Below, in pieces: positions 1-10,601 of a stretch of 58,294 nt of DNA. Location: assembly GCA_965365395.1 (NCBI GenBank), contig CBDUBN010000001.1, positions 1-58,294 of the forward strand, written 5' to 3'. The position numbers were made by a program, and so were the translations under genes. Numbering within the stretch: position 1 is the first letter of the stretch; every line of letters starts with the position of its first letter. The stretch comes from an uncultured Sphingomonas sp. (lineage in GTDB: Bacteria; Pseudomonadota; Alphaproteobacteria; Sphingomonadales; Sphingomonadaceae). Under the pieces are notes generated by a model, which saw only the letters and a list, made by a program, of their open reading frames with translations, made no database searches and had not been told where the DNA came from.

Positions 1-123
1 TATCCCGCTGCGAGTCGGCGTGTAACCTAACAGGTTCGATGTAGGACAGGGTTTTTTTTCAGGGCGGGGCATTCGATGCGCTGGCCCCCTGCGGCAGCGG
101 CTGTCCGACCGCATAGACCCGGC

Positions 124-152
124 GATGGACCCCGGCCTCCCGCCGGGGTGCG
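124..152. repeat. REP/RPE4-like palindromic element (single arm)
   Basis: GATGGA-CCCCGGC-CTCCC-GCCGGGG-TGCG forms a 7-bp hairpin. It aligns to the right arm of the 1429-1533 element with a compensatory G-C/T-A change in the stem. Confidence 0.6.
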
Positions 153-164
153 CGTCGCCGGCTT

Positions 165-195
165 CGCCGCCCTTCCCCACGCGGCGAGGGCGGCG
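165..195 (-). terminator. GC-rich hairpin downstream of DUF3597 (possible terminator or mRNA stabiliser)
   Basis: 9-bp stem CGCCGCCCT (165-173) / AGGGCGGCG (187-195), just past the stop codon at 203-205; no U-tract follows. Confidence 0.3.
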
Positions 196-202
196 CGCAG
201 GG

Positions 203-601
203 TCAGTCCAGCATGGCGGCGGGAACCTTTCCGCCGTTGACGCTCAGCGCTTTCATCACCGCCCTGTGGAGGCGGATGTTCATGTCCGCGCTGCCATCGA
301 GCGGGCCCTCATAGCCCAGCTCCTGCGCCAGTTCCTTGCGCGACTGGAGGCTGCTGTCCATGTCCAGCGTCTTCATCAGGTCGACGATCGAACCCTGCCA
401 GTTGAGATTGCCGCCCTTCGCCGCGGCCTTGCGGGTGAGCACCGCCTCGACGTCAACGGGCTGCGCCGGCGCGGCGGCAGGGGCGGGCGAAATGCGCGGT
501 GCGGCGCCGGTCGTCGCAGGGGCCACGGCGGCGGCGCGCGCCTCGGGCGAGGGGCCGTCCTTGTCGAAGATGGCGTTCTTGATGGCGCTGAAAATACCCA
601 T
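203..601 (-). CDS. DUF3597 domain protein
   Basis: MGIFSAIKNAIF start, Ala/Pro linker, then LNWQGSIVDLMKTLDMDSSLQSRKELAQELGY...SADMNIRLH...NGGKVP, typical of DUF3597. Start re-picked at ATG 601 inside ORF 203..1072. Confidence 0.85.
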   Translation of the reverse strand: MGIFSAIKNAIFDKDGPSPEARAAAVAPATTGAAPRISPAPAAAPAQPVDVEAVLTRKAAAKGGNLNWQGSIVDLMKTLDMDSSLQSRKELAQELGYEGPLDGSADMNIRLHRAVMKALSVNGGKVPAAMLD

Positions 602-677
602 GAAATGGCTCCGATAGTGGGGTGCACGCGGCGACGGCTGTTCGCCGCAGCGCTGCCGGATGGGCCGGCACGGCGGA

Positions 678-702
678 TGAACGAATGTCGCGGCCCTGCG
701 TT
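678..702 (+). promoter_or_regulatory. candidate EcfG/sigmaT (general stress response) promoter of DUF937 gene
   Basis: TGAAC-N16-CGTT versus consensus GGAAC-N16/17-CGTT; ends about 30 bp before ATG 732, with SD GAGGAG in between. Confidence 0.5.
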
Positions 703-731
703 GCATCGCTCGACAGCAAGAGGAGAAAGCC

Positions 732-1403
732 ATGGATATCGCCGGCATGCTCGCCCAGTCGGGCGCGCTCGATTCCGCCGCGCGCGAGGTGGGCGTGGAC
801 AGCCAGACGGCGGCGCGCGGTGCCGCGGCGCTGCTGCCCGCGATATTGGGCGGGTTCAAGCGGAGCGCGCAGGCCGCGCCGGGCGGGGTCGACGGACTGG
901 GCGCGATGCTGGGGCAGATGGGCGGCGGCGGGTTGCTCGACGCGGTGGTCGGGCCGCAGGCGACGCCGGTGGCGCAGGGCAACACCATCCTCGGCTCGAT
1001 CTTCGGCAGCAAGGATGCAAGTCGCCGGGTCGCGGCCGACGCGTCGGCGAAAAGCGGGATCGATGCCGACACGTTGAAGAAACTGCTGCCGATCGTGGCG
1101 ATGCTCGCGGCGGGTTATATGGCGACGCAGCACCGGGGCGGCGCGACGACCGCGAACAATGCGACGCCATCGGGCGGGCTGGGCGGTGCGCTGGGCGGAA
1201 TCATGGGCGGCGGCGCGGGCGCCGGGGGCCTGGGCGGGATGCTCGGCCAGGTGTTCGGATCGGTGATGGGCGGCGGGCGCGGCGGCGTTCAGGGCGGAGC
1301 GTCGGTACCACGGCGTGGCGGCATCGCGGGGATGCTGGACATGGACGGCGACGGCAATCCGCTCAACGACATCCTCGGCATGGCCGGAGGCATGCGGCGC
1401 TAG
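732..1403 (+). CDS. DUF937 domain protein, Gly-rich, C-terminal DxDGDG motif
   Basis: LLPAILGGFK, GNTILGSIFGSKD.SR.VA..A...SGID...LKKLLPIVAML and LDMDGDGNPLNDIL; strong SD. Confidence 0.85.
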   Translation: MDIAGMLAQSGALDSAAREVGVDSQTAARGAAALLPAILGGFKRSAQAAPGGVDGLGAMLGQMGGGGLLDAVVGPQATPVAQGNTILGSIFGSKDASRRVAADASAKSGIDADTLKKLLPIVAMLAAGYMATQHRGGATTANNATPSGGLGGALGGIMGGGAGAGGLGGMLGQVFGSVMGGGRGGVQGGASVPRRGGIAGMLDMDGDGNPLNDILGMAGGMRR

Positions 1404-1428
1404 GCGGGACTTATTTTGGGTCGACGCT

Positions 1429-1533
1429 GTACCCCTGCGCAGGCAGGGGTCCATCATCGGACCTACCCGGTCACACGACCGACAGCTTCGCAAAGCTGCC
1501 TTGGGTGATGGGCCCCTGCCTGCGCAGGGGCAC
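1429..1533. repeat. REPIN/RPE4-like inverted-repeat element between convergent genes
   Basis: 28-bp arms at 1429-1456 and 1506-1533 match at 26/28 as inverted repeats. Each arm contains its own 7-bp hairpin (CCCCTGC-GCAG-GCAGGGG in the left arm); two more hairpins lie in the spacer (1468-1481, 1483-1498). Confidence 0.85.
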
Positions 1534-1551
1534 GGGTCGCGCTACCTCATA

Positions 1552-1992
1552 TCAGCCGACCGTCAGCATGCCGCCGTGCGCGCCGGTGACGGTCAGGCGG
1601 GTGCCGGGGGCGGCGTCCGGGCCGGTGGCGCTCCACACGCCGTCGCCCACGCGCACGCGGCCACGACCGCCGACGATGGCTTCCTCGACCACGACCGGTT
1701 CACCGATCAGGCGGGCGAGCCGGTCGTTGAGCAAGGGATCGTCGCTCGGGATATCGCGGTTCGACGACCAGCGCCGCCCGGCATAGACCGCGACGACCGA
1801 CAGGATAGCGAACAGCGTGAGCTGCGCCGCGAGTGGAATGGGCGCGACGAAGCTGACCGCGGCGACGATGAGCGCGGCGATGCCCAGCCACAGCAGGAAC
1901 ACGCCCGGCACGATCATTTCGGCGATGCACAGCAGGAGCCCGACGGCGAGCCAGGTGGCGGCGTGGTCGGCGAGGAAATCGGGCATCGGCAT
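1552..1992 (-). CDS. NfeD family membrane protein (YbbJ-like)
   Basis: WLAVGLLLCIAEMIVPGVFLLWLG TM region, LNDRLARLIG...GRGRVRVGDGVWSA OB-fold; TGATG overlap with the SPFH gene stop. Confidence 0.92.
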   Translation of the reverse strand: MPMPDFLADHAATWLAVGLLLCIAEMIVPGVFLLWLGIAALIVAAVSFVAPIPLAAQLTLFAILSVVAVYAGRRWSSNRDIPSDDPLLNDRLARLIGEPVVVEEAIVGGRGRVRVGDGVWSATGPDAAPGTRLTVTGAHGGMLTVG

Positions 1993-2969
1993 CACCCCTG
2001 CGATTGCTCGAACGGGCCTGGGCGACGCGGCGGCGCAGGCGCGCGGGGCGGCTGGGCCGGGCCACTGCCGAGCACGTCCTTCGCCAGCTCCCCGATCCCG
2101 CCCAGCGTGCCGATGAGCTGCGTCGCCTCGACCGGAAACAGGATCGTCTTGGCGTTGGGCGAGGTCGCGAAGAGGCCGATCGCCTCGACATATTTCTGCG
2201 CGATGAAATAGTTGATCGCCTGGTTGTTGCCGCCCTGGATGGCATCGGACACCACCTGCGTCGCGCGCGCCTCCGCCTCTGCGGCGCGCTCGCGGGCCTC
2301 GGCGTCGCGGAAGGCGGCCTCGCGCCGCCCCTCGGCCTGCAGGATCTGGCTCTGCTTCTCGCCCTCGGCGCGCAGGATCTCGGCGGCGCGCATCCCCTCG
2401 GCATCGAGGATGTTGGCGCGCTTCTCGCGCTCGGCCTTCATCTGTCGGCCCATCGCGTTGACGATGTCGGCGGGCGGGCGGATGTCCTTCACCTCGACGC
2501 GCGTGATCTTGACGCCCCACGGCAGCGTCGCATGGTCGATGACGCTGAGCAGGCGCGCGTTGATCTCGTCGCGCTTCGACAGCGTCTCGTCGAGGTCCAT
2601 CGAGCCCATGACCGTGCGCAGGTTGGTGGTCGTGAGCTGCATGATGGCGAGATAGACGTCGCTCACCTCATACGCCGCCTTCGCCGCGTCGAGCACCTGG
2701 AAGAAGACGACCGCATCGACGCCGACCATGGCGTTGTCGCGGGTGATGATCTCCTGCCCCGGAATGTCGAGCACCTGTTCCATCATGTTGACGCGGCGGC
2801 CCACGCGTTCGAAGAAGGGAACGATGATGGTGAGGCCGGGCGCGGCGGTCTTGGTGTAGCGGCCGAAGCGCTCGATCGTGTAGTTGTAGCCCTGCCGGAC
2901 CATTTTGACCGACGCGAAGAGGAATGCGATGGCCAGCAGGACCAGCAGCCAGAAAACGCCATATTCCAT
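1992..2969 (-). CDS. SPFH/Band 7/PHB domain protein (QmcA-like)
   Basis: ERFGRY, QEIITRDNAMV, LSKRDEINARLL, AM.RQMKAEREKRA coiled coil; start re-picked at ATG 2969. Confidence 0.95.
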   Translation of the reverse strand: MEYGVFWLLVLLAIAFLFASVKMVRQGYNYTIERFGRYTKTAAPGLTIIVPFFERVGRRVNMMEQVLDIPGQEIITRDNAMVGVDAVVFFQVLDAAKAAYEVSDVYLAIMQLTTTNLRTVMGSMDLDETLSKRDEINARLLSVIDHATLPWGVKITRVEVKDIRPPADIVNAMGRQMKAEREKRANILDAEGMRAAEILRAEGEKQSQILQAEGRREAAFRDAEARERAAEAEARATQVVSDAIQGGNNQAINYFIAQKYVEAIGLFATSPNAKTILFPVEATQLIGTLGGIGELAKDVLGSGPAQPPRAPAPPRRPGPFEQSQG

Positions 2970-3003
2970 CAACCACTGCCCCTGCCCAAGTGTCGCTGCC
3001 GCC

Positions 3004-3033
3004 GTTCTAGGGGGAGCCGCGCGCGCTTCCAAG
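3004..3033 (-). promoter_or_regulatory. candidate sigma70/sigma32-type promoter of SPFH-NfeD operon
   Basis: Minus strand CTTGGAA-N17-TAGAAC with a C-run before the -10, an alphaproteobacterial RpoD/RpoH-like pattern. Confidence 0.35.
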
Positions 3034-3047
3034 CTGAAAGAGCGGGC

Positions 3048-3893
3048 GTGACGGCGCGGCTCGATCCCGCGCCGGCCTCGCTCCTCTACGTGCCGGGGTA
3101 CAAGGCACGCGCGCTGGAAAAGGCGCGCGAGCTGCCGGCGGACATGCTGATCATCGACCTGGAGGATGCGGTGCCGGCCGCGTCGAAGGACGCGGCGCGC
3201 GAAGCCGCGCGGACGGCACTGGCACAGGGGTTCGCAGGGAAGCGTCTCGCCGTGCGGATCAACGGACCGGATACCGCCCATCATGACGCGGACCTCGCCC
3301 TGGTCGCCCGACTTGCGATCGATGCGGTCGTGCTGCCCAAGGTCGAGAACGCGGCGGCGATCGAAGCGCTGGGCCTGGGCGAGCTGCCCGTGCTGGCGAT
3401 GATCGAGACGCCGGCCGCGGTGTTCGAGGCGCGCGCCATCGCCTCGCACGGGCGGGTCGCCGGGCTGATCGCGGGGCTGAACGATCTGGCGCATGCCTTG
3501 CGCCTGCCGGACGGCGGGACGCGGGCCGCCATGGGCGTGGCGCTGCAGACGATCGTGATGAGCGCGCGGGCGGCGGGCAAGCTGGCGTTCGACGGCGTGT
3601 GCAATGCCATCGACGATGCCGAACTGTTCGCCGCGGAAGCGCAAGAGGGCCATGCCCTGGGCTTCGATGGCAAGACACTGATCCACCCGTCCCAGGTCGG
3701 GCCGTGCAACGCCGCGTTCGGGGCATCGGCACAGAAGATCGCGGCGGCGGAGGCGCTGATCGCGGCGGCGAGCGGCGGGGCGGAGCGGCATGACGGGCGA
3801 ATGATCGAGGACATGCATGTCGCGGCGGCCCGCGCGCTGCTTGCCCGCGAAGCATTGCGCGCCGCCGGGCGGACCGCCATAGCCGCGGCATGA
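3048..3893 (+). CDS. CitE/HpcH family CoA-ester lyase (malyl-CoA lyase/thioesterase-like)
   Basis: SLLYVPG, IIDLEDAV, VRING, MIETP, GLNDL, FDGKTLIHPSQV, DGRMIEDMH; GTG start at 3048. Confidence 0.88.
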   Translation: MTARLDPAPASLLYVPGYKARALEKARELPADMLIIDLEDAVPAASKDAAREAARTALAQGFAGKRLAVRINGPDTAHHDADLALVARLAIDAVVLPKVENAAAIEALGLGELPVLAMIETPAAVFEARAIASHGRVAGLIAGLNDLAHALRLPDGGTRAAMGVALQTIVMSARAAGKLAFDGVCNAIDDAELFAAEAQEGHALGFDGKTLIHPSQVGPCNAAFGASAQKIAAAEALIAAASGGAERHDGRMIEDMHVAAARALLAREALRAAGRTAIAAA

Positions 3894-5386
3894 TCCGTAC
3901 CCTATCGCTCACGGGCGCCGCGGCCCTCATTTGCGCACCCCTGTCGGCGCAGGTCGCCGGCTCGACCCCGGTCAGCGAGGCGGAGCTGCGCGAAACGATC
4001 GCCTATCTCGCTAGCGACGAGCTGGCGGGGCGCTACCCCGGTACGCCCGGCGAGACCGCGACCGCGCACTATATCGCGCGGCGGCTGGCGGCGGCGGGGT
4101 TCGTCGGCGCGGCCGAGGGGGGAAGCTTCTACCAGCCCGTGCCGCTGGTCGAGCTGCACAATAGCGAGGGCATGGCCGGCTTTCGCGACGCAAGCGGGGC
4201 CGCCGTTCCCGTCGGCGAGATCGCCTGGCGCGCGCCGGGCGGCAGCGCCACGATCCGCAACGCGCCGGTCGTCTACGTCGGGCACGGCGTCGATGCGGAG
4301 GGACGCGTGCGCGCCGATGTGCGCGGCAAGATCGCGCTGCTGCTGATCGCCGACCGGCCGGGCGAAGACGCGTTGTCCAATGCCGAGCGCCGCGCGGCGC
4401 TGGTCGAGGCGGGCGCCGTGGCCACGATCCTGTTGCCGCCGCCCATCTCCGCCTTCGCGACGCTGCAGCGCGGTTTTGCGACCCCGCGGATCCAGCTCGC
4501 CGAGGCGGTCAGCCGCGCGCAGGCCGAGGCGGTCGTATCGGCGGGCGCGGGCGAGGCATTGCTGCGCGCCGGCGGGCTCGACCCCGCGATGGCGCGCGCG
4601 GCGGCAGCACAGGACGATTATGCCGGCCAGGCGCTGACGCTGACCGCCGACGTGGATGCCACGAGCTATCGCCGGGCGTACAACAGCTACAATGTCGTGG
4701 GCCGCCTGCCCGGCCGGCGCAGCGGAACCGGCGCCGTGCTGCTGATGGGGCACTGGGACCATCTCGGGCTGTGCCGGCCCGAAGGCGCCGAGGATCGCAT
4801 CTGCAACGGCGCGGTCGACAATGCGAGCGGCATCGCGGTGATCCTGGCCGCGGCCGAGCGGCTGGGCGCGGGCGCGCGGCCGGACCGGGACATCGTGGTG
4901 GTCGCAACCACGGCGGAGGAGCAGGGCCTGCTGGGTGCGCGGCATTTCGCGAACAGCATGACCCCGGTGGTCCCGCTCGGCGATATCGTCGTCAACCTCA
5001 ACATCGATACGGTCGCCATCGCGCCGCGCGGCGCGCCGATGGCGATGGTGGGGCGCGGCACGACGCCGCTGGAGGCGGGTGTCGATGCCGTCGCGCGCGG
5101 GATCGGCCGCGCCATCGACGACGATCTGGAGGGCAATGCGTTCATCCAGCGGCAGGACGGCTGGGAGCTGACCAAGGTCGGCGTGCCGTCGATCATGGCG
5201 GGCGGCAGCTTCGCCGACATGACGCTGCTGCAGGCGTTCCTGGGCGGGTCCTATCATGGGCCGGACGACGAGCTGACCGATGCGGTGCCGCTGGGCGGCG
5301 CGGCGGACGATGCGGACCTGCATGTGGCGCTCGCCCGCCATTTCGCGAACCTTTCGACCTGGCCGGGCGCGGCACCGCGGCCCTAG
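3890..5386 (+). CDS. M28 family metallopeptidase with PA domain, signal peptide
   Basis: LASDELAGRYPGT, GHWDHLG, NGAVDNASG, TTAEEQGLLG, YHGPDD; ATGA overlap with the CitE-like gene. Confidence 0.9.
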   Translation: MIRTLSLTGAAALICAPLSAQVAGSTPVSEAELRETIAYLASDELAGRYPGTPGETATAHYIARRLAAAGFVGAAEGGSFYQPVPLVELHNSEGMAGFRDASGAAVPVGEIAWRAPGGSATIRNAPVVYVGHGVDAEGRVRADVRGKIALLLIADRPGEDALSNAERRAALVEAGAVATILLPPPISAFATLQRGFATPRIQLAEAVSRAQAEAVVSAGAGEALLRAGGLDPAMARAAAAQDDYAGQALTLTADVDATSYRRAYNSYNVVGRLPGRRSGTGAVLLMGHWDHLGLCRPEGAEDRICNGAVDNASGIAVILAAAERLGAGARPDRDIVVVATTAEEQGLLGARHFANSMTPVVPLGDIVVNLNIDTVAIAPRGAPMAMVGRGTTPLEAGVDAVARGIGRAIDDDLEGNAFIQRQDGWELTKVGVPSIMAGGSFADMTLLQAFLGGSYHGPDDELTDAVPLGGAADDADLHVALARHFANLSTWPGAAPRP

Positions 5387-6943
<1,557 letters not shown>

Positions 6944-6952
6944 CGAGGGCGC

Positions 6953-8143
6953 ATGACGCCCGCGGCGCGCGTCCAGTCGGCGATCGACCTGCTCGATGCG
7001 ATCATCCATGCCGCGCGAGAGGGCGGCGCGGCGGCGGACACGATCGCCAGCCGTTTTTTCAAGGAGCGCCGCTACGCCGGATCGGGCGACCGGCGCGCCA
7101 TCCGCGACCTTGCCTGGCGCGCGATCCGCAGGTTCGGAAAATTGCCGGAGAACGGCCGCGCCGCGATGATCGGACTGGCCGGCGGCGATGCCGAGCTGGC
7201 GGCGCTCTTCACGGGCGGCGGCCATGGCCCGGCGCCGATCGCCGCCGATGAACGCGGCGCGGATGGATCGGCGATGCCCAAATGGCTGTTGCCGCATCTG
7301 GACGCGCGCATCGGCGGACGCGGCGGCAACCAGGCCGAACTGGCGGCGCTGCTCGAACGCGCACCGCTCGACCTGCGCATCAATCCGATGCGCGCCGAGG
7401 GCGTCGACCTGCCCGACGGCACGCCGCTGCCAGCGCCTCTCCATGGCCTGCGCCTGCCGGGCGATACGCCCGTGCTCGATCATGGCGCCTATCTCTATGG
7501 CGCGGTCGAGGTGCAGGATGCGGGCAGCCAGTGGGTGTCCTGGGCGTGCGGTGCCGAACCGGGGCAGACGGTGGTCGACCTGTGCGCCGGCGCCGGGGGC
7601 AAGACGCTGGCGCTCGCGGCGGCGATGCGCGGGGAGGGCCGCATCGTCGCCTGCGACAGTGATCGTCGCCGCATCCAGGCCCTGCCGCCGCGCGCCGAGC
7701 GCGCAGGCGCGGAGGGTATCGAGACGCGGTTGCTCAACCCCGGCGACGAGTGGAGCGTCCTGGGCGATCTGGAGGCGGCCGCGGACCTCGTGCTGATCGA
7801 TGCGCCCTGTTCGGGCAGCGGCACCTGGCGACGCAATCCCGAGGCGCGCTGGCGGTTGACGCCGGCGCGGCTTGGCCGGCTGGTAGCGCAGCAGGCGCGG
7901 CTGCTGGACCTTGCCGCGCGCATGGTCGCACCTGGGGGCGCGCTCGTCTATGCCGTCTGCGCGATCACGCGTGACGAGGGGGAAGCGCAGGCCGGGGCGT
8001 TTCTCGCGCGCCACGCGGGCTGGACCGCCGAGGACCCGCTCGGCGCGTTGCGCGTCGGACGCCCGGCCGGCGACGGGCGGCTATTGACGCCCCATCACGA
8101 CCAGAGCGACGGTTTCTTTATCGCGCGGCTTCGGGCATCATAG
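6953..8143 (+). CDS. RsmB/NOP family class I SAM-dependent RNA m5C methyltransferase
   Basis: MTPAARVQSAI start, EVQDAGSQ, DLCAGAGGKT, DAPCSGSGTWRRNPE, SDGFFIARL. Confidence 0.92.
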   Translation: MTPAARVQSAIDLLDAIIHAAREGGAAADTIASRFFKERRYAGSGDRRAIRDLAWRAIRRFGKLPENGRAAMIGLAGGDAELAALFTGGGHGPAPIAADERGADGSAMPKWLLPHLDARIGGRGGNQAELAALLERAPLDLRINPMRAEGVDLPDGTPLPAPLHGLRLPGDTPVLDHGAYLYGAVEVQDAGSQWVSWACGAEPGQTVVDLCAGAGGKTLALAAAMRGEGRIVACDSDRRRIQALPPRAERAGAEGIETRLLNPGDEWSVLGDLEAAADLVLIDAPCSGSGTWRRNPEARWRLTPARLGRLVAQQARLLDLAARMVAPGGALVYAVCAITRDEGEAQAGAFLARHAGWTAEDPLGALRVGRPAGDGRLLTPHHDQSDGFFIARLRAS

Positions 8144-8185
8144 CGCCGCCCCATGCCGCCCGCCGACACCATCTGGACAACCATC

Positions 8186-8716
8186 ATGCGCTTCACGCCT
8201 GCCAGCATCGCCGCCGCCGCCCTCCTCGCGACCGTGTCGAGCACGTCGCTAAGCGCGCCCGGCCGGCCTGCCCCGATCGCCGACGCATCACGCGCGATGG
8301 AGGGCGAGGCGCGGCGGCTGCAGGCCGCGGGCGACCTGGAGGGCGCGATCGGATTCTACGAAACCGCGTTGGCGGCGGACCCGCGCAACGCCGCGGCTTA
8401 TGTGGGGCTGGGCGACATCGCGCGCGCGCAGGACCTGCCCGGCAAGGCGATCGGCTATTTCCGCGAAGCGCTGGCGCTGTCGCCCGACAACCGGGTGGCA
8501 ATCGCCGGGCAGGGCGAGGCGATGGTCCAGCGCGGCGCGCTCGACAAGGCGCGGCAGAATCTGGCGCGGCTGTCGGCGCTGTGCGGCGAGCAGGATTGTC
8601 CCGAGGTCGGACGGCTGACCGCGGCGATCAATGCCGCCGGCGCGCGGACGGCGCTGCGCGCCGAGGAGGTGTTGCCACAGCCGGTGGTCGACACCGCGCC
8701 CGAGGCGTCGAACTAG
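8186..8716 (+). CDS. exported tetratricopeptide repeat protein
   Basis: Signal peptide, then TPR-like [15 protein letters not shown] and [16 protein letters not shown]. Alternative start at 8153. Confidence 0.8.
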   Translation: MRFTPASIAAAALLATVSSTSLSAPGRPAPIADASRAMEGEARRLQAAGDLEGAIGFYETALAADPRNAAAYVGLGDIARAQDLPGKAIGYFREALALSPDNRVAIAGQGEAMVQRGALDKARQNLARLSALCGEQDCPEVGRLTAAINAAGARTALRAEEVLPQPVVDTAPEASN

Positions 8717-9558
8717 CGCCTGTCGCCCGATACATTCCTGGCGAGCGATACGAACTCCTCGATCGTCAGGGTCTCCGCCCGACGTGTCGGTTCGATGCCC
8801 AGGCGCTCCATCGCCGCGTCCGCTCCGCCCACGCCCTTCAGCGACTGGCGCAGCATCTTGCGGCGCTGGCCGAAGGCGGCGGCGGTGAGGCGACCGAGCA
8901 TGGCCGGATCGACGCCGGGGGGCATGGCCGAAGGCACGATATGGACGACCGCGGACATGACCTTGGGCGGGGGCGTGAAGGCCGAGCGGTGCACCTTCAT
9001 CGCGATGCGCGCGCTCGTCCGCCATCCGGCGAGCACCGCCAGGCGCCCGTAGGCCGACGTGCCGGGCGCGGCGACGATGCGCTGCGCGACCTCCTGCTGA
9101 AACATGAGCGTCAGCGACCGCCAGGGCGGCGGCCACGCAGGGCTTTCGAGCCAGCCGACGAGCAAGGCGGTGCCGACGTTGTACGGCAGGTTGGCGACGA
9201 CGTGGAAAGGCGCGCCGATCGCCTCGTGCGCATCGACAGAAAGCGCGTCGCCCTCGATCAGCCGCAGCTGCCCGGGAAATGCATCGGACAATTCGGTCAA
9301 CGCCGGCAGGCAGCGGCGGTCGCGTTCCACCGCGGTGACACGGGCACCGGCGCGCAGCAGCGCGCGGGTCAGGCCGCCGGGGCCGGGGCCGACCTCGAAC
9401 ACCGCCTCGCCCGCCAGCGCGCCCGGGACGGCGGCGATGCGGTCGAGCAGCTGTTCGTCGAGCAGGAAATTCTGGCCCAGCGCCTTGCTGGCGCTGAGGC
9501 CATGCCGGGCGATGACGGCGCGCAGCGGCGGCAGGGCCGGGCGATGCGCCGCGCTCAA
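8713..9558 (-). CDS. rsmA: 16S rRNA (adenine-N6)-dimethyltransferase RsmA/KsgA
   Basis: [52 protein letters not shown]; probable TTG start overlapping the pdxA stop. Confidence 0.96.
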   Translation of the reverse strand: MSAAHRPALPPLRAVIARHGLSASKALGQNFLLDEQLLDRIAAVPGALAGEAVFEVGPGPGGLTRALLRAGARVTAVERDRRCLPALTELSDAFPGQLRLIEGDALSVDAHEAIGAPFHVVANLPYNVGTALLVGWLESPAWPPPWRSLTLMFQQEVAQRIVAAPGTSAYGRLAVLAGWRTSARIAMKVHRSAFTPPPKVMSAVVHIVPSAMPPGVDPAMLGRLTAAAFGQRRKMLRQSLKGVGGADAAMERLGIEPTRRAETLTIEEFVSLARNVSGDRR

Positions 9559-10562
9559 CAGGCGCAATCGGTGCGTTGGTCGGCGATCTGCGCGGCCATG
9601 CGGATGGCGGCGATGGTCGGCCCGGCGCTCGCCTGGCCACGTCCGGCGATGTCGAACGCCGTGCCATGGTCGGGCGACGTGCGAACGATCGGCAGGCCGA
9701 GCGTCACATTCACGCCTTCATCGAAATAGAGCGCCTTCAGCGGGATCAGCGCCTGGTCGTGATAGAGGCATAGCGCCGCGTCATAGCCCGCGCGCGCGGC
9801 CGGGGTGAACATCGCGTCGGGCGAATGCGGCCCGGTCACGTCGAACCCCTCCTCGCGCAGGCGTGCCACGGCCGGCGCCAGCACTTCCGCCTCCTCGCTG
9901 CCGATCGCGCCGTTTTCGCCGGCGTGCGGATTGAGCCCCGCCAGCGCAAGGCGCGGCTGAGGAATGCCGAAACTCCTGCCGAGCCCGCGCGCGGCGGCGG
10001 CCGCACGCGCGACGATCAGTTCGACGGTCAGCAGTCCAGGCACATTGCGGAAAGGGACATGAACCGTGATCGGCACCACCTTCAGCCCCGGGCCCGCGAG
10101 CAGCATGACCGCATTGGTGCGCGACACGCCGCAGCGGTCGGCGATGAATTCGGTCTGTCCGGCATGGGTGAAGCCGACCTGATAGAGCTGATCCTTGCAC
10201 ACCGGACCGGTGACGAGCGCGCGCACGTCGGCGCTGCGGGTGAGGCCGATGCCGAGTTCGAGCGAGTGCAGCGCGCAATGCGCGCCTTCGAGCGAGGGGC
10301 TGCCCGGCGTGACGCCCCCGCAATCCTCGACATGCCAGAAGGGCAGGGCATCGTCGAAAGCGGCGGTCGCGGCGGCGGCGGCATCGATCTGCACGACCGG
10401 ACCGTCCCAGACCGCGCGCAGGGATGCGATATCGCCCACCGCGAAAAAGGGCGGCAGGCGGTGCTGGTGGCGTGCGGCCCAGGCCTTTGCAACGATCTCG
10501 GGTCCGACCCCTGCCGGGTCGCCGAGGGTGATGGCGATAGGCTGCAAGCCTGGTCCCTTCAT
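9555..10562 (-). CDS. pdxA: 4-hydroxythreonine-4-phosphate dehydrogenase
   Basis: [54 protein letters not shown]. Confidence 0.96.
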   Translation of the reverse strand: MKGPGLQPIAITLGDPAGVGPEIVAKAWAARHQHRLPPFFAVGDIASLRAVWDGPVVQIDAAAAATAAFDDALPFWHVEDCGGVTPGSPSLEGAHCALHSLELGIGLTRSADVRALVTGPVCKDQLYQVGFTHAGQTEFIADRCGVSRTNAVMLLAGPGLKVVPITVHVPFRNVPGLLTVELIVARAAAAARGLGRSFGIPQPRLALAGLNPHAGENGAIGSEEAEVLAPAVARLREEGFDVTGPHSPDAMFTPAARAGYDAALCLYHDQALIPLKALYFDEGVNVTLGLPIVRTSPDHGTAFDIAGRGQASAGPTIAAIRMAAQIADQRTDCAC

Positions 10563-10573
10563 CGGCGATGGTT

Positions 10574-10595
10574 GCGCGGGCGACGACGCCCGCGC
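10574..10595. other. intercistronic 9-bp hairpin between surA and pdxA
   Basis: GCGCGGGCG-ACGA-CGCCCGCGC; no U-tract. Confidence 0.45.
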
Positions 10596-10601
10596 GCCCG
10601 A

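Noticed and set aside
24-59. Intrinsic terminator ending in the T8 run
   Set aside because: The only nearby hairpin is AT-rich and ends about 15 nt before the T-run.
1170-1330. GGC-rich repeats in DUF937 as a tandem repeat array
   Set aside because: Low-complexity Gly-rich coding sequence with no fixed unit or spacers.
125-1786. 553-aa + strand ORF and other long alternative-frame or antisense ORFs (5426..8014, 5422..7251, 9825..11969, 22015..24441, 28585..30912, 37048..39222, 50984..53002)
   Set aside because: Arg/Ala/Pro-rich shadow ORFs expected in very GC-rich DNA; they overlap well-supported genes and show no family motifs.
1992-3893. Apparent long N-terminal extensions or fusions in the ORF track (SPFH 1992..3818, CitE 2004..3893; also surA to 12620, purM to 20542, I78 to 26826, trhO from 52534)
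   Set aside because: The extensions are open frames over neighbouring genes; real starts with family-typical N-termini lie downstream.
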